A DNA stretch of 64,000 bases from the human T2T-CHM13v2.0 reference genome, Homo sapiens. Shown here one piece after another: positions 38,878 through 55,765 of this stretch. Position 1 is the stretch's first letter; each line of letters starts with the position of its first letter. The stretch lies in assembly GCF_009914755.1 (NCBI RefSeq), contig NC_060941.1; one strand, given 5' to 3'. The position numbers and the translations under genes were made by a program. The notes under the pieces are model-generated. The model had not been told where the DNA came from. It did no database searches and was given only the letters and a program-made list of their open reading frames with translations.

Positions 38878-39315
38878 CTAAGGCTGAGAGTCAAACACTG
38901 CTAATTCATAGAAGGCAATAGCTTGTAATAATGAATCATAAAGCTCTTCTACTCTTTGTAGTTCAGTAGATAAAAACATCTGTCTGTAGTGAACTATTTT
39001 ATCTGATGGGAAGAACACCCGAGGATCCGCCTTCAGTATAGAATCGAAGAGAAACTGCTTCACTAGCTCTTTTCCACTAGTCCGGGAGTCACCAATCATC
39101 AGTTCAAAATGCTTCCCCACTGCATTTCGATTCATGCTCAGCACCTGATGCTGCCCATCCTGGGCAAAAGTTTTATTTAATAAGGCATACAGCATGGCTT
39201 CCATGATATGAAAATGTAACAGTATTGGAAACAGAGATGAGTTCTGAATGGAAAGTCCTGTTTTTTCCAGAACATAGAAATCTGCTTTAGGCATCTTTGA
39301 AATGATCGAGGAAAT
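38878..39315 (-). CDS. TEFM: TEFM exon 4 coding part (ISSIISKMPKADFYVLE...FDSQP*)
   Basis: ttttaaaaAG acceptor, TAG at 38880-38878; four exons total 1083 nt = 360 aa + stop. Confidence 0.97.
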   Translation of the reverse strand: MSSIISKMPKADFYVLEKTGLSIQNSSLFPILLHFHIMEAMLYALLNKTFAQDGQHQVLSMNRNAVGKHFELMIGDSRTSGKELVKQFLFDSILKADPRVFFPSDKIVHYRQMFLSTELQRVEELYDSLLQAIAFYELAVFDSQP

Positions 39316-40121
39316 CTTTTTAAAAAAAGACAAAATAAAGGAACAGAAATAATTCATTACATTTTATGTTTGGTCCCCTCTCTGTCCCACTTCTATTTAA
39401 AAATATTATAATTAGTTAATTTATACTATATTGACAATTTTGAAATAACTGAAAAAGCCATTTTATGAGCAGTCTGGTTCTGGTCATGGTTATGTCACAA
39501 CAACAGCTAAGCTAAGCTGTTTAGTCCTCCTAAGTACCAGTTTCTTGATCTGTACAGTGGACTTCATAATTTCTAAAATATGTATTGGCTTTAAGGTTAG
39601 ACAACTTAAAACTGTTTTACTAAACCTTCAAACATTTTCTGGGATAGAGCATACGGTTAGAATAACTAGCAAGAATCAATCACCTCTGCAACTGACTAAT
39701 CACATCAGATGCTTGACTGAACCACAGATTTCATATGTATAATCAAGGTGGTAATTCCTGACGATTAAGGTGATAATTCCTGACCATTTCGCAAGGTTTT
39801 GAAAACTCAAATGAGACAATGTGATGGCATTTTGAAAAATAAGCTTTATAAATAAAAGAGTGATAATGTTCTATAACATTTAGAATGAAATACCATTGAT
39901 TTTCTCAGTATCTGCCTTCGATGCATAAGGCATTTCTTGAACTAACTAAAGGTTGAATTTTTAAAAATCAAAGGTGATGGAAAACATAATAGGAATAAGT
40001 GAGTAACAAGTACCAGAAGAAAACCCATCTTTACTATTTTATTACATTCCTTTTGGGACCAGAAGATTAAACTACACAAGGAGCTCTAGCAGGTAGGAAT
40101 CTGGAGGTGCAACTGCCTTAC

Positions 40122-40551
<430 letters not shown>

Positions 40552-42299
40552 TGATCCACCTGCCTTGACCTCCCAAAGAGCTAGGATTACAGGCATGAGC
40601 CACCGTGCCTGGCCAGAAGTGTAAATATTTTAGATGCAAACATAATCTACAAATTCAGAATGCCTAACTAGTTTATGTAATATAAACTTATTTATAGTTT
40701 ATGAACTGAGAATTATTAAAGAAATGCAGGAGTAATTATTATTTTGTTTGAGATGGAGTCTCGTTCTGTCACCCAGGCTAGAGTGCAGTGGCGCAATCAG
40801 CTCACTGCAACATCCACCTCCCAGATTCAAGCAATCCTTCTGCCTCAGCTTCCTGAGTAGCTGGGATTACAGGTACCTGCCACCACACCCAGCTAATTTT
40901 TGTATGTTTAGTAGAGACAGGGTTTCACCATGTTGGCCAGGCTGGTCTTGAGCTCCTGACCTCAAGTGATCCACCTGCCTCTGCCTCCCAAAGTGCTGGG
41001 ATTACAGGTGTGAGCCACCAAGGAGTAATTATTATTAAAAGGTAACCAGCAGCAGTCAGTTTATAGATAAAGGACCTATACTCATTCTCAGCACCTTGCC
41101 CAAAGTAGGCATTCAAACTCAAGTGTAGCCAAGGTCTGCACTAGATACTAGGAAACAACAAACGTAACTGTACATTATAAGAAATGCCACCATAAAACTA
41201 TTGTAGAGAGAAGTGGTCAGGGAAGGTTTACTGGAGGACTAGGAGAATGAGACAGTAAATGGGAAGTTATTTCACCCAGATGTCTGGAAAGATAGGCTGT
41301 TTGACATCTCACACTCTGGCAGTAGAATAAAGACTGAATAGGAAAAGGGCAGAGGACAAGGCAGATGTCTATAAAGGTAAGTAACTTGCTTTATCCTGAG
41401 TGCTACAGGGGCCACTAAAAAAACAGAATTTTAAGGAATAACATAAGATTTACATTTCAGAAAAATCACTGATGGTGTAAAAGATGGGCTGGAGGGAACT
41501 AAAGGTAGGGATCTGTGTTAGGTACCTGTTACAACATGAGAAAGTGTTAAGAATTGAAGACAATGACAGAAGGAAAAGAAACAGATAGTGGGAGCAGAAT
41601 TAATACATAGGTTTAACGAGGAGTCTAGAATAATTCCAGTTTTATATCAGTGACTGAATGGCATCATTAATGATGACGAAGATAGGAGTCACATGACCTA
41701 GGGAAGGTGGGAAGAAATTTTTTTGTTTTGTTTTGGTTTGTTTTTAATGCATTAAGTTTGGGTTGCCTATAGGGCTTCTAAGAGGAGATATATAATAAGT
41801 AATTGAATATTTAGATTTTGCTTCCTATCAAGTCTGGGCTGACGATGAAGTACAATGCTATCACCTTTCCCCAACATGGCTCACTTAGTTATATTAACAA
41901 ACTAATATGTTCTATAGATACAGAGGCAAATAAACAGGAACAATTAGTTGTATACCCATCTCCCTTTCATTGCTAAGGACTGGATAAATATCTTAAAGAC
42001 AAAATAGTATAGATGCCCAAAATACAGACTTCCTTTTGGTTTTCTTTAGCTAAGTGACTCTCAAGCTTTACTGTGCACAAGCATTACTGAACCAGACTAC
42101 ACACAATACTTCGTCGGCAATCGATTTTTTCTTAAAGGATTTTACTGCATGACTTATATCTCCATAAAAACTGACTTAAAATCCAGCCCCCTAAATAAGA
42201 TGCAACTCCACTCTAATCTGGGTATAAATAGTTTTGGCCATGAATCTGGATGAGAATCCTCCCTGAAGAATTTGGTTAAAATATGTTCCAGATCAATTG

Positions 42300-42466
42300 C
42301 AGCAGTTCTACTTGGAGTCCATGAGTGGACTTAACAGAATCTGCCAGTCCTCTGAAACTGTGTAGTATTCTGTGTATATGTGCTATATCTTTTTCTATGG
42401 GAAGAGGGTCCACAGCTTTCATCAGGTTTTCAAAAGTACCCATATTCCTCAAAAAACGGACCCACT
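42300..42466 (+). mobile_element. hAT-Charlie MITE fossil (Charlie4z/MER58-like)
   Basis: cagcagttct...tttttctatgggaagagggtccacagctttcatcagg...cccactg. Confidence 0.6.
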
Positions 42467-42732
42467 GGTCCAGAAAAAAAATGGTGCTTATGATTTTTAT
42501 GAGATAATGATTATCAAGCAATGTTACACAGGACATGAGTTCCTCTAAAGTTTAATACTTGAGTGCTGTGGCCGGGCGCAGTGTCTCACACCTGTAATCT
42601 CAGCACTTCGGGAGCCCGAGGCAGGTGGATCACGAGGTCAACAGATCAAGACCATCCTGGCGCCAACATGGTAAAACCTCATCTCTACTAAAAATACAAA
42701 AATTAGCTGGGCGTGGTGGCATGTGCCTGTAG

Positions 42733-43214
<482 letters not shown>

Positions 43215-43774
43215 TGAGCCAGCCGCTTTTTTTTTTTTTTTTTAATCTTACCTATAGACTTGCATGATTCAAGATAAAATGCTTTTTAAAGGAGAAAAGG
43301 TACAGAAAATAATTTTAAATTCTGCCGGAAAGACTGGTATAATGTTCTAAAGTCACTCACTGGCCATAACCTATCTTTGCTCCTTAATTTCTCATTAATC
43401 CTAACATCACCCTTAGACACAGCCTGGTATCTCCAACGACACTCCTCTTAAATAAGCCTTGCCTAGACCTGCTTCTCAGCATCAACTGTTCTTTCTACCT
43501 ACAATGCCCTCCTCTCCCATCCAAAGGATCTCTCTTTTAAGACCTAAATTGAGTTCTTCCAGTAAACTTTCCACAACAGTCACAGCCCATTGTTTTCTCT
43601 CCTCTCAACTGCCAATTTACTATCTGTACATCTCATTATTTGGTAGTGATCATATACTTGCCAACTAAACCTGAAGAACCCTGTCTTAGCCACTTCCCAA
43701 CCCAATGCCCAGAAGAGTGCTTTCTAGAGTAGGTTCTCAAATATTAGGCAGTATAGCAGACATGAAGAATATAC

Positions 43775-44238
43775 CTTAAGTCTTTCTCTTTCTATGTCTG
43801 GTTTGAGGAGCTTTCTCAGGAACCGGTTTTCCGGTGACTTTCTTTTTTCCCGTCCAGTCTTTGGACAAAGTATGGAGTTACAAACTTGAACTGTACTTTT
43901 ATACTTAAACAAGGGCACATTCATTAAACTCTCTAAATTCTGAAATGGCCCAAAGTTTTCTCTGTGCTCTACGATATTGATGGACCTTCTTCCACGAAGC
44001 AATCGGAAAGCTTCAAGTTCTTTAGTAGATGCTGTATTCAACACATGCAAGATGGAAGCCTGCTGTTCTGAAGAGAAGAGCTTGTCAAGTGCATTTTCGG
44101 GCTCCTTTGCATTTTCATCACAAAAAGTAACATTGGGAGTAATTTTCTTAGGTGTAGTGGATTTTTTCCGACAGCAGAAATTATGTAAGGCCCAGTACAG
44201 GGATGACCTCGACGGGGTCAGAAAGCATCTCCACCTCT
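43775..44238 (-). CDS. TEFM: TEFM exon 2 (mitochondrial targeting region + helix-hairpin-helix domain)
   Basis: ttttAG acceptor, TAAG|GTATAT donor; LNTASTKELEAFRLLRGRRSINIVEHRENFGPFQNLESLMNV is a ComEA/HhH-like motif. Confidence 0.96.
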
Positions 44239-44358
44239 CTAAAAGGAAAATTTAGCAAAATATAAGTTGGATGTCCTACTTCCTTTGGGGTTAGTTGCAA
44301 GCTTGACTAGATCCTTTGCAAAGTCACAAATACTTTCCTGGAATTTAAGAACTAATAG

Positions 44359-44686
<328 letters not shown>

Positions 44687-44922
44687 CGAGAATCATCTTT
44701 AAAAGAGGATTAGTTTTTAAACTATATTATATAGAGTTTTAAATAGAGCTTTTGTTGTTTTCAAGTCACGAGAGATGTCTCCCGATATTTATGGATCAGT
44801 CCGAAGTTTTACTACCTAGAAAATTGTATTTTATACCCATCAGGAAGCAAGTAGTTGAAATAATTATTCCAACTGCTTAAAGTTTCTGATATTTTTAATT
44901 TAGAGGAATCTTTTTGTAACTA

Positions 44923-45306
<384 letters not shown>

Positions 45307-45641
45307 TTAAATTTTGTACGTTTATAAGAAATGTTTCAGCTAAGTGATAGATTTAAGGGCAGTTTTACTTTCTTCCGTACACTTTTCAAGACTTCTACAT
45401 GACGTTTTTGCAAGTATGAGAAACACCATACAATGCATAACTTTGTAAAACCAGTGGGAAGTCACTCTAACATCGCAGCCACAGGAAAGTAATGTGGCCA
45501 GAGGTAAGCAAGCGGCTGTGAGAATGTGAACCATCCGCCCACTCTGAGGAGCCACCCGTGGACCCTGAGGCCGGGGAAGCACAAATGTTCCGAAAACTGC
45601 CCCGTCAGCTAGGCTGGGGCCCCAAGAGAGGGGCCTGAACA

Positions 45642-45702
45642 AGGGACATGAGGAAGGAAACACTCTAGGACATGAGGGACATGAGGAAGGAAACACTCCA
45701 GG
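45642..45702. repeat. 33-bp-period direct repeat (agggacatgaggaaggaaacactc x2)
   Basis: Identical 24-mers at 45642-45665 and 45675-45698. Confidence 0.9.
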
Positions 45703-45721
45703 TTCCTCCAGAATACCTCCA

Positions 45722-45886
45722 GCCGTATTCCATTAGCCTCTAGGGTCAGAGGCTAATGACAGACGGGAAATCACCCCAGTGTTCCAAGCACCCTACCTCC
45801 CGCCGTATTCCATTAGCCTCTAGGGTCAGAGGCTAATGACAGACGGGAAATCACCCCAGTGTTCCAAGCACCCTACCTCCCGCCGT
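45722..45886. repeat. Perfect 80-bp tandem duplication spanning the TEFM exon1/intron1 junction
   Basis: 45722-45801 identical to 45802-45881, plus a terminal gccgt. Confidence 0.97.
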
Positions 45887-45907
45887 GAAGAGGACAGACC
45901 CGCTCAT
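45877..45907 (-). CDS. TEFM: TEFM exon 1 coding part (MSGSVLFTAG)
   Basis: ATG at 45907-45905, GGAG|GTAGGG donor; 31 nt joins exon 2 in frame. Confidence 0.93.
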
Positions 45908-46380
45908 CTCCAAGTTGAATCAGTAGGTCCAGTCTTCCTCCATTGACTTCCGGTTCCTGCGTGCTGCGCCCAAAAGCGCTCGGCCTGCACTCGGCGGAAA
46001 GGTTGTTGTCCAAGCGGCGTTCCGGGGCAAGGCCCGAGGTGTGTCCCGCTGAGCAGTGGGTCGTCCGCGTCTGGGCTGCGGGCTTCCAGGCGGGCGCCTG
46101 CCGAGGCCCTGTCCCCGGATCCCGAGTCCCTGGCTGGCCCGCAGTCTTCTTCCACTGCACCGGGGAAACGTTCTTGCCCCTACCGACTCCTGAGAGCCGC
46201 TGGGCCGAATCTCCAGGAAGGCGATTCCGAGGCCAGTTTTAGTCTGTAGTGGGTAAAGTGCCTCCTTCGTGGAGACTCCCTGGGTTTCTCCTAGACACTT
46301 AGATTGAGGAGCTCCTGTTGGGGCCCAGCCTGTGGCGCCGGGAGCGGGATCAGGTAGGGGCAGCGTAGACAAGGTCCTCA
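45880..46380. promoter_or_regulatory. CpG-island promoter of TEFM (ETS/GABP site CCGGAAGT on the - strand at 45946-45953)
   Basis: High GC/CpG density around the first exon; acttccgg on the + strand. Confidence 0.8.
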
Positions 46381-46766
46381 AATAACCTTTTCACCAGGTA
46401 GACTGGAATAACGGGGAGAGATGCGAAGTGTTTGAGGAGCTCAGCGGGGAAACAGGGCAGGCAAGGGATTAGGTAAAGGCGAGGGAGGAGGAGATTGCGT
46501 TGGCGCTGGAGCGGTATTCCTCTTAGAAGGGATAAAGGGAGATGAATGTAGCGCCGAATTTAGTTGGTCCTTGAATAATGGGTGGAGCAGTTGAATACTC
46601 CACCAGATAGGAAGCCTGAAGTCCCCGAGGTTTATGATTTGCAGTCAGACTGGAGAGTGTTCCTAGAAAATTGGCCATATACTGTATAGCGAATGTGAGG
46701 CTGGATTGCAGGTGAAGAGCCTGGGAGCAATGAGAAGTCGCGAAGAGAGTGTATCTTCCCAGGTGA

Positions 46767-47200
<434 letters not shown>

Positions 47201-47720
47201 TTATGAGGCAGCAATGGGTTGATTGTTTGTGTCTGGAAGGCAGTGGGGATGTAGGGGAATCATAAGTATTAATAAAATGTGCTGGTCGGGAGCAGTGGCT
47301 CCCAAAGTGTAATTCCAGCACTTTGGGAGGCCGAGACGGGCGGATCGCTTGAGCTCTTGAGTTCCAGACCACCCTGGGCAACATGGCGAAACCCCGTCTC
47401 TACGAAAAAATTAGCCGGGTGTGGTGGAGCACGCCTGTTATCCCAGCTACTCAGGAGGCTGAGGTGGGAGAATCACCTGAGCCCGGGAGGTAGAGGTTGC
47501 AGTGAGTGGAGATCGTGTCACCACACTCCAGCGTGGGGGACAGAGCCAGACCTTGTCTCAAAAAAAGAAAAAAAATTGCTCATAGGAAGTCTAGAAACCT
47601 TGGCAGTTTCTGGGGAACTTAGGAATCTAACAAGAAATAACATCAACTTTTTTCTGCAAAATCCTCCAAATCAGGAGGAAATAATTTCCTCAACTGTAGG
47701 GCTTATTCAGTTTACTGAGA

Positions 47721-48456
<736 letters not shown>

Positions 48457-48489
48457 AGAGGCCATAAGGATTCCTGGTGTTGCTTTCAG

Positions 48490-48690
48490 AGATGGTCTGG
48501 TTCGCTAGCAAGACACAGTTTATCACTTAGTAACTGCATCACCATAGTCAGTTTCTTATCCTCTCTGAACCTCACCTTCCTCATTTGTAAAACGGAGTTA
48601 ATGGTACCTACCTCACAGGGCTGCTTGGAGGATGCATGAGAAACTGGATGCAAAGAACCCAGCATAAGATAAGAGTTCAATCAATGTGGT
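48490..48690 (+). mobile_element. MIR
   Basis: ctctctgaacctcaccttcctcatttgtaaaacgg core. Confidence 0.7.
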
Positions 48691-49145
48691 TTTGCCCAGT
48701 AAAGCATCCCCCCTCTTCCTGAGAAATGATTATGAATGACCTATAGGGGAATCACCCTCCTTCCTGAAAGCATTTATTCAGAAATATGCTTTGACCAGAG
48801 CCAGAAATACAAAGGAAAGAGATAAGTATTGCCTGATTTACTGTAAACCAGAATTGATGCCTCCAAAATGAAAGTCACCGTCTTCCCCCAAAAACTAGCT
48901 CCTTCTCACTTCCCTGTTTTTGTCACCCAGATGCAGGTGTCTCTGGCTCTTTCTACTCCTTCCATCATTATGTCTAGCCTGTTATCTAGTTTCTGTGTTT
49001 TTAAAACTTTTGACTGATCCAGGATACATGTGTGATACAAAAGTTTCATTAAAAAAAAAAAAAGGCCAGGTGTGGTGGTTCAACACTTGTAATACCAGCA
49101 CTTTGGGAGAGCAAGGCAGGCAGATTCATTGAGCCCAGGAGTTTA

Positions 49146-49424
<279 letters not shown>

Positions 49425-49940
49425 TTAAGTTAGGAGTGCAAAAGGTTTATTGAAAAAAACAAAAACAAACTAAAATCTGTTTTGAAGCCTGCAGGACATT
49501 AGAGGGTGATGTCCAATAGATAGAGATGCACATCTGAAGCTAAGGAGGAGCACTGAGCTGGGGTGTATGTTTGGAGGCCGTCAGCCTGTAGAGATGGTAC
49601 TTTACTCATGAGAACAGATACGAGGAGCCAGGGAGAGGGGGTAGGCGTGAGAAAAGCACAGTGAGATAAGGAGAGAACTCCTTGGGAGCACCACCATTAG
49701 ATGTGGTTAGAGGATTCCGATTCCCAAGAAGATTGAGAAACAATGTTCACATTTAAAAGGAAACAGGAGGCTGGGCACTGTGGCTCACGCCTGTAATCCC
49801 AGCACTTTGGGAGGCCAAGGCAGGCAGATCACCTGAGGTCAGAAGTTCGAGACCAGCTTGGCCAACATGGTGAAACCCCATCTCTACTGAAAATACAAAA
49901 ATTAGCCGGGCGTGGTGGTGGGCGCCTGTAATCACAGCTA

Positions 49941-50048
<108 letters not shown>

Positions 50049-50647
50049 TCAAAGAAAACCAAAAAACAAAAAACACCACATTGCAATACCACTACACACC
50101 CATGAGAATACCTACTGGAAATCTCATACATTGCTGATGGAAGTGTGGGTTGGTTGAATCACTTTGAAAAGCTGGCAATATCTACTAAAGCTGAAGATTT
50201 GTATATCCTATGGTCCTGCAGTCCAACCCCGGGTGTATATCCAACAGAATGCAAACAAATGTGCACTAAAGGACATGCAACTAATGGAGCTATATGTATA
50301 AAATTGCCAGTATTTGCCAGTTGTCTATTTGCAAAAATGGCAATTTCACATGGTTAAACCTGATTACAAGAATGCTCATAGCAGCACTATTTGTATTAGC
50401 CAAAACCTCAATGGCAGATTATTGTGTATATATTGAATAAACGTTTCACCCAGTAACATGGGTAAATCCCACAAATATGATGTTGAATGAAAGAAGCCAC
50501 ACAGCTATATATAAAGTACAAAAACAAGCCGGGTGCGGTGGCTCACGCCTGTAATCCTAGCACTTTGGGAGGCCAAGGCAGGCAGATTGCCTGAGCTCAG
50601 GAGTTCAAGATCAGCCTGGGCAACATGGTGAAACCTGGACTCTACTA

Positions 50648-50839
<192 letters not shown>

Positions 50840-51627
50840 CTATCATGATAAACATGAGATTACCTTTGGGACTAGTCACTAAAGAGAGAATGGGAATGTT
50901 TTGGGATGCTGATTATCCTCTTTTTTAAAAAAGCTCTATATGCTAGTTAAACACGTGTGTGCACTTTGTAAAATTCATTAAGCTGCATACTTGTGATTTG
51001 TGCACTTTTCTGTATTTGTTATACTTCAGCAAAATATTACTTAAAAGTTTAATTCTTGGATGGGCATGTTGGCTCACGCCTGTAATCCTTACACTTTGGG
51101 AGGCTGAGGTGGGAAAATTGCTTGAGACCAGGAGTTTGAGACCAGCCTGGGCAACATTGTGAGACATCGTCTCTATGGAAAAATCTAAAAATAGCCAGGT
51201 GTGGGCTGGGCACGGTGGCTCACACCTGTAATCCCAGCACTTTGGGAGGCCAAGGCGGGCGGATCGCGAGGTCAGGAGATCGAGACCATCCTGGCTAACA
51301 CGGTGAAACCTCGTCTCTATTAAAAATACAACAAATTAGCCAGGCGTGGTGGCAGGCGCCTGTAGTCCCAGCTACTCAGGAGGCTGAGGCAGGAGAATGG
51401 CGTGGAGCGGGGAGGCAGAGCTTTCAGTGAAACGAGATTGTGCCACTGTACTCCAGCCTGGGCGATAAGAGCGAGACTCCGTCTCAAAAAAAAAAAAAAA
51501 AAAAAAAGAAAGCCAGGTGTGGTAGCACATGCCTGTAGTCCTACCTACTAGGGAGGCTGAGGTGAGAAGATACTTAAGCCCAGGATTTTTTTTTTTTTTT
51601 TTTTTGAGACGGAGTCTCGCTTTGTAG

Positions 51628-51792
<165 letters not shown>

Positions 51793-52883
51793 TAGCCAGG
51801 ATGGTCTCGATCTCCTGACCTTGCGATCTGCGCGCCTCGGCCTCCCAAAGTGCCGGGATTACAGGCGTGAGCCACCGCGCCCGGCCAAGCCCAGGATTTG
51901 AGGTTATAGTGAGCCATGACTATGCCACTGCACTCCAGCCTGGGCGACAGAGTGAGACCCTGTTTCCAAACATAAAAAATAGAAAAGTTGTCTGGGGCTT
52001 GGTGCAGAGGGTAATGCCTGTAATCCCAGCACTTTGGGAGGCCGTGGCAGGCGGATCATTTGAGGCCAGGGTTTGAGACCAACCTGGCCAACATGGCGAA
52101 ACCCCGTCTCTACTAAAAATACAAAAATTAGCCAGGCATGGTGGTGCTCGCCTGTAGTCCCAGCTACTCAGGAGGCTGAGGTGGGAGGATTGCTTGAGCC
52201 CGGGAGATGGAGGCTGTAGTGAGCTGAGACTGCGTCACTGCACTCCAGCCTGGGCAACGGAGCAAGACCCTATCTCAAAAAAATAAAAATAAAATAAAAT
52301 AAAAAATAAAAAAGTTGAAGTCTTCAAATTATTTTGAATTAGATTTGTATCATATAAGGTTTGAATGTTTATTTAGTGACATAGTCTACTTTATTTAGTC
52401 CTCAAAGTCATTCATCACCTTATATACAGACTCCCGAGAAAAGGGCTGCTGATCCTTGAATAGATCATTCAGGGTAGCGAGCACGTGATGTATTTCTCTG
52501 AGTGCTCCACCCCCAACTCTCAGGGATATTTTGTAAAGGAAAGATAATTGTCCTACTAATCTTCGTCTCGGTAAAGTTTTGGATTTTTTTCCTGCTTTTA
52601 TGTTACATTTTATTATTATTTTTTCAGTATTATACACAACTAAAATGATTAGGCAAATGATCAAAATAAAACACAGCACTCACAATTTGAGACCCAGAAT
52701 CAGAAAACTTGGCTCATGCTCCAATATTGCTACATATTTCCTATGTATCTCAGTTTATTTCTATAAGAATAGTTTTCTCTTTTGCAAGACAAAATTCAAA
52801 GTACCCCTCTTACAAGGTTGTTACTGAAATAAAATGATGTAAAATAGAAAGTCTTATACAATGAGAGGTTTTTTTTTTTTTGA

Positions 52884-53084
<201 letters not shown>

Positions 53085-53195
53085 TGAACTCCTGACCTTG
53101 TGATCCGCCCGCCTCGGCCTCCCAAAGTGCTGGGATTACAAGCATGAGCCACGGCGCCCGGCCAAGAGATATTGTTAATTGGCAAATTGATTCTA

Positions 53196-53588
<393 letters not shown>

Positions 53589-53598
53589 TTAGGTATAA

Positions 53599-53820
<222 letters not shown>

Positions 53821-54129
53821 TAAAGGAGCACCCCAGTGTTCCAATCCAGTTTACAACAGGTGTCACTCTAACCCCTTCAATTATAGTTGTGCCTAAACCT
53901 CTATAACTAACTTCTCATTTAGTGTTGCAGGTAATGATGTAAAATGCAAACAATTATCTTGGGTCTATTTAGGACCTCTTTTCTGGCTCTTCAGTTTTCA
54001 CAAATGGATACTTCATCTCTCTGGATCTCTATTGGATCATTGCATTTTATTCAGAATGCAAACTCCTACAAACTCCTGGACTACCTGTGTAATGGGGGTC
54101 TCAATTCCACTCAGTTCACCACCATTTTA

Positions 54130-54705
54130 AAACATTGTTGCAAAATCCACATAACAAAAAATTCATAATTTTAGGGTTCAATTCAGTGACATTTAGTACA
54201 TTCACAATGTTGTGCACCTATCACCATTATCTAGTTCCAGACTTTTTTTTTTTTTTTTTTGAGACAGGGTCTCACTCAGTCGCCCAAGCTGGAGTACAGT
54301 GGCACGATCTCGGCTCCTAGCCTCCACCTCCTGGGTACAAGCGATTCTCCTGCTTCAGCCACCCGAGTAGCTGGGATTACAGGCGTGCGCTACCATGCCT
54401 TGCTAATTTTTGTGTTTTTAGTAGAGACGGGGTTTCACCACATTGGCCAGGCTGGTCTCAAACTCCTGAGCTCAAGCAATCTGCCTGCCTCGGCCTCCCA
54501 AAGTGTTGGGATTACAGGCGTGAGCCACCACGCCCAGCCCTGGTTCCAGAACATTTTTAACACCCTAAAAGGAAACCTTACCCATTAAGCTGTCTCTTCC
54601 CAGTCCCTCTGCCCCCAAGCCCACTCCCTCCAGCTCCTGGCAACCGCTAATCTGCTTTCTGTCTCTATGGATTTGTCTGTTCTGGACATTTCATAAAACT
54701 GGATC
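54130..54705 (-). mobile_element. L1MB 3' end split by an Alu
   Basis: agtacattcacaatgttgtgc...ctaatctgctttctgtctctatggatttg. Confidence 0.75.
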
Positions 54706-54896
54706 AACCAAAATTTTTCAGGCCCAGCATTTGCTAGGCACCAAGGATACAAAGATCAATATGACAATCTGCTCTTAACCAAATCACGCTGACTGGGACA
54801 AAACAAGTTAAAAAAAAACAACCATAGTCCAACGTGATGACTATTGTAATGGAAATATGAACATTTTGGGAACATAGTTCAGGGGGATGAGGGTGA

Positions 54897-55310
<414 letters not shown>

Positions 55311-55384
55311 TGAGCGAGATACAATGGCATGGAGTTGGATAGCTCTGTGTTCAAAGGATGTGGACAGATCACACACCAAGCACA

Positions 55385-55765
55385 TCCCAGGGCCTTTGCC
55401 CAGGTTGTTCTCTTCCCCTAGGACACTCCTCTCTCAAATTGCTGCTGGTTGGCTTGACCCCTTCCTGCAGATCTTAAATGTTAGATCTGAGCTTAAATGT
55501 TACCTGCTCAGAGAGGACTTCCTTGACCTCTCTATTGAAATAGCAACTTTCATTCCTCTCTATCCCCTCACTTGTTTCTTTTTCTTTATAGCACGTATCA
55601 CTCTTGCACTATATTGTATATTTGTTTCTCTGTTCATTTCCTGTCTCCCTAACTTGAAGGTAAGCTCCACAAAGGCAGCTATTTCCCCAGCTATGTGGCC
55701 ATATCTCAGTACCCATAACAGTATCTGGCACATAGTAGGTGCCCCATAAATAATGAACGAATGAG
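55385..55765 (+). mobile_element. L2 3' end
   Basis: cagggcctttgc...ggcacatagtaggtgccccataaataatgaacgaatga. Confidence 0.75.

Noticed and set aside
39745-39788. 22-bp tandem repeat with 2 mismatches in TEFM intron 3
   Set aside because: Ordinary old micro-duplication far from splice sites
45642-45886. CRISPR-like repeat/hairpin array
   Set aside because: Only two head-to-tail copies, no unique spacers, human intronic context
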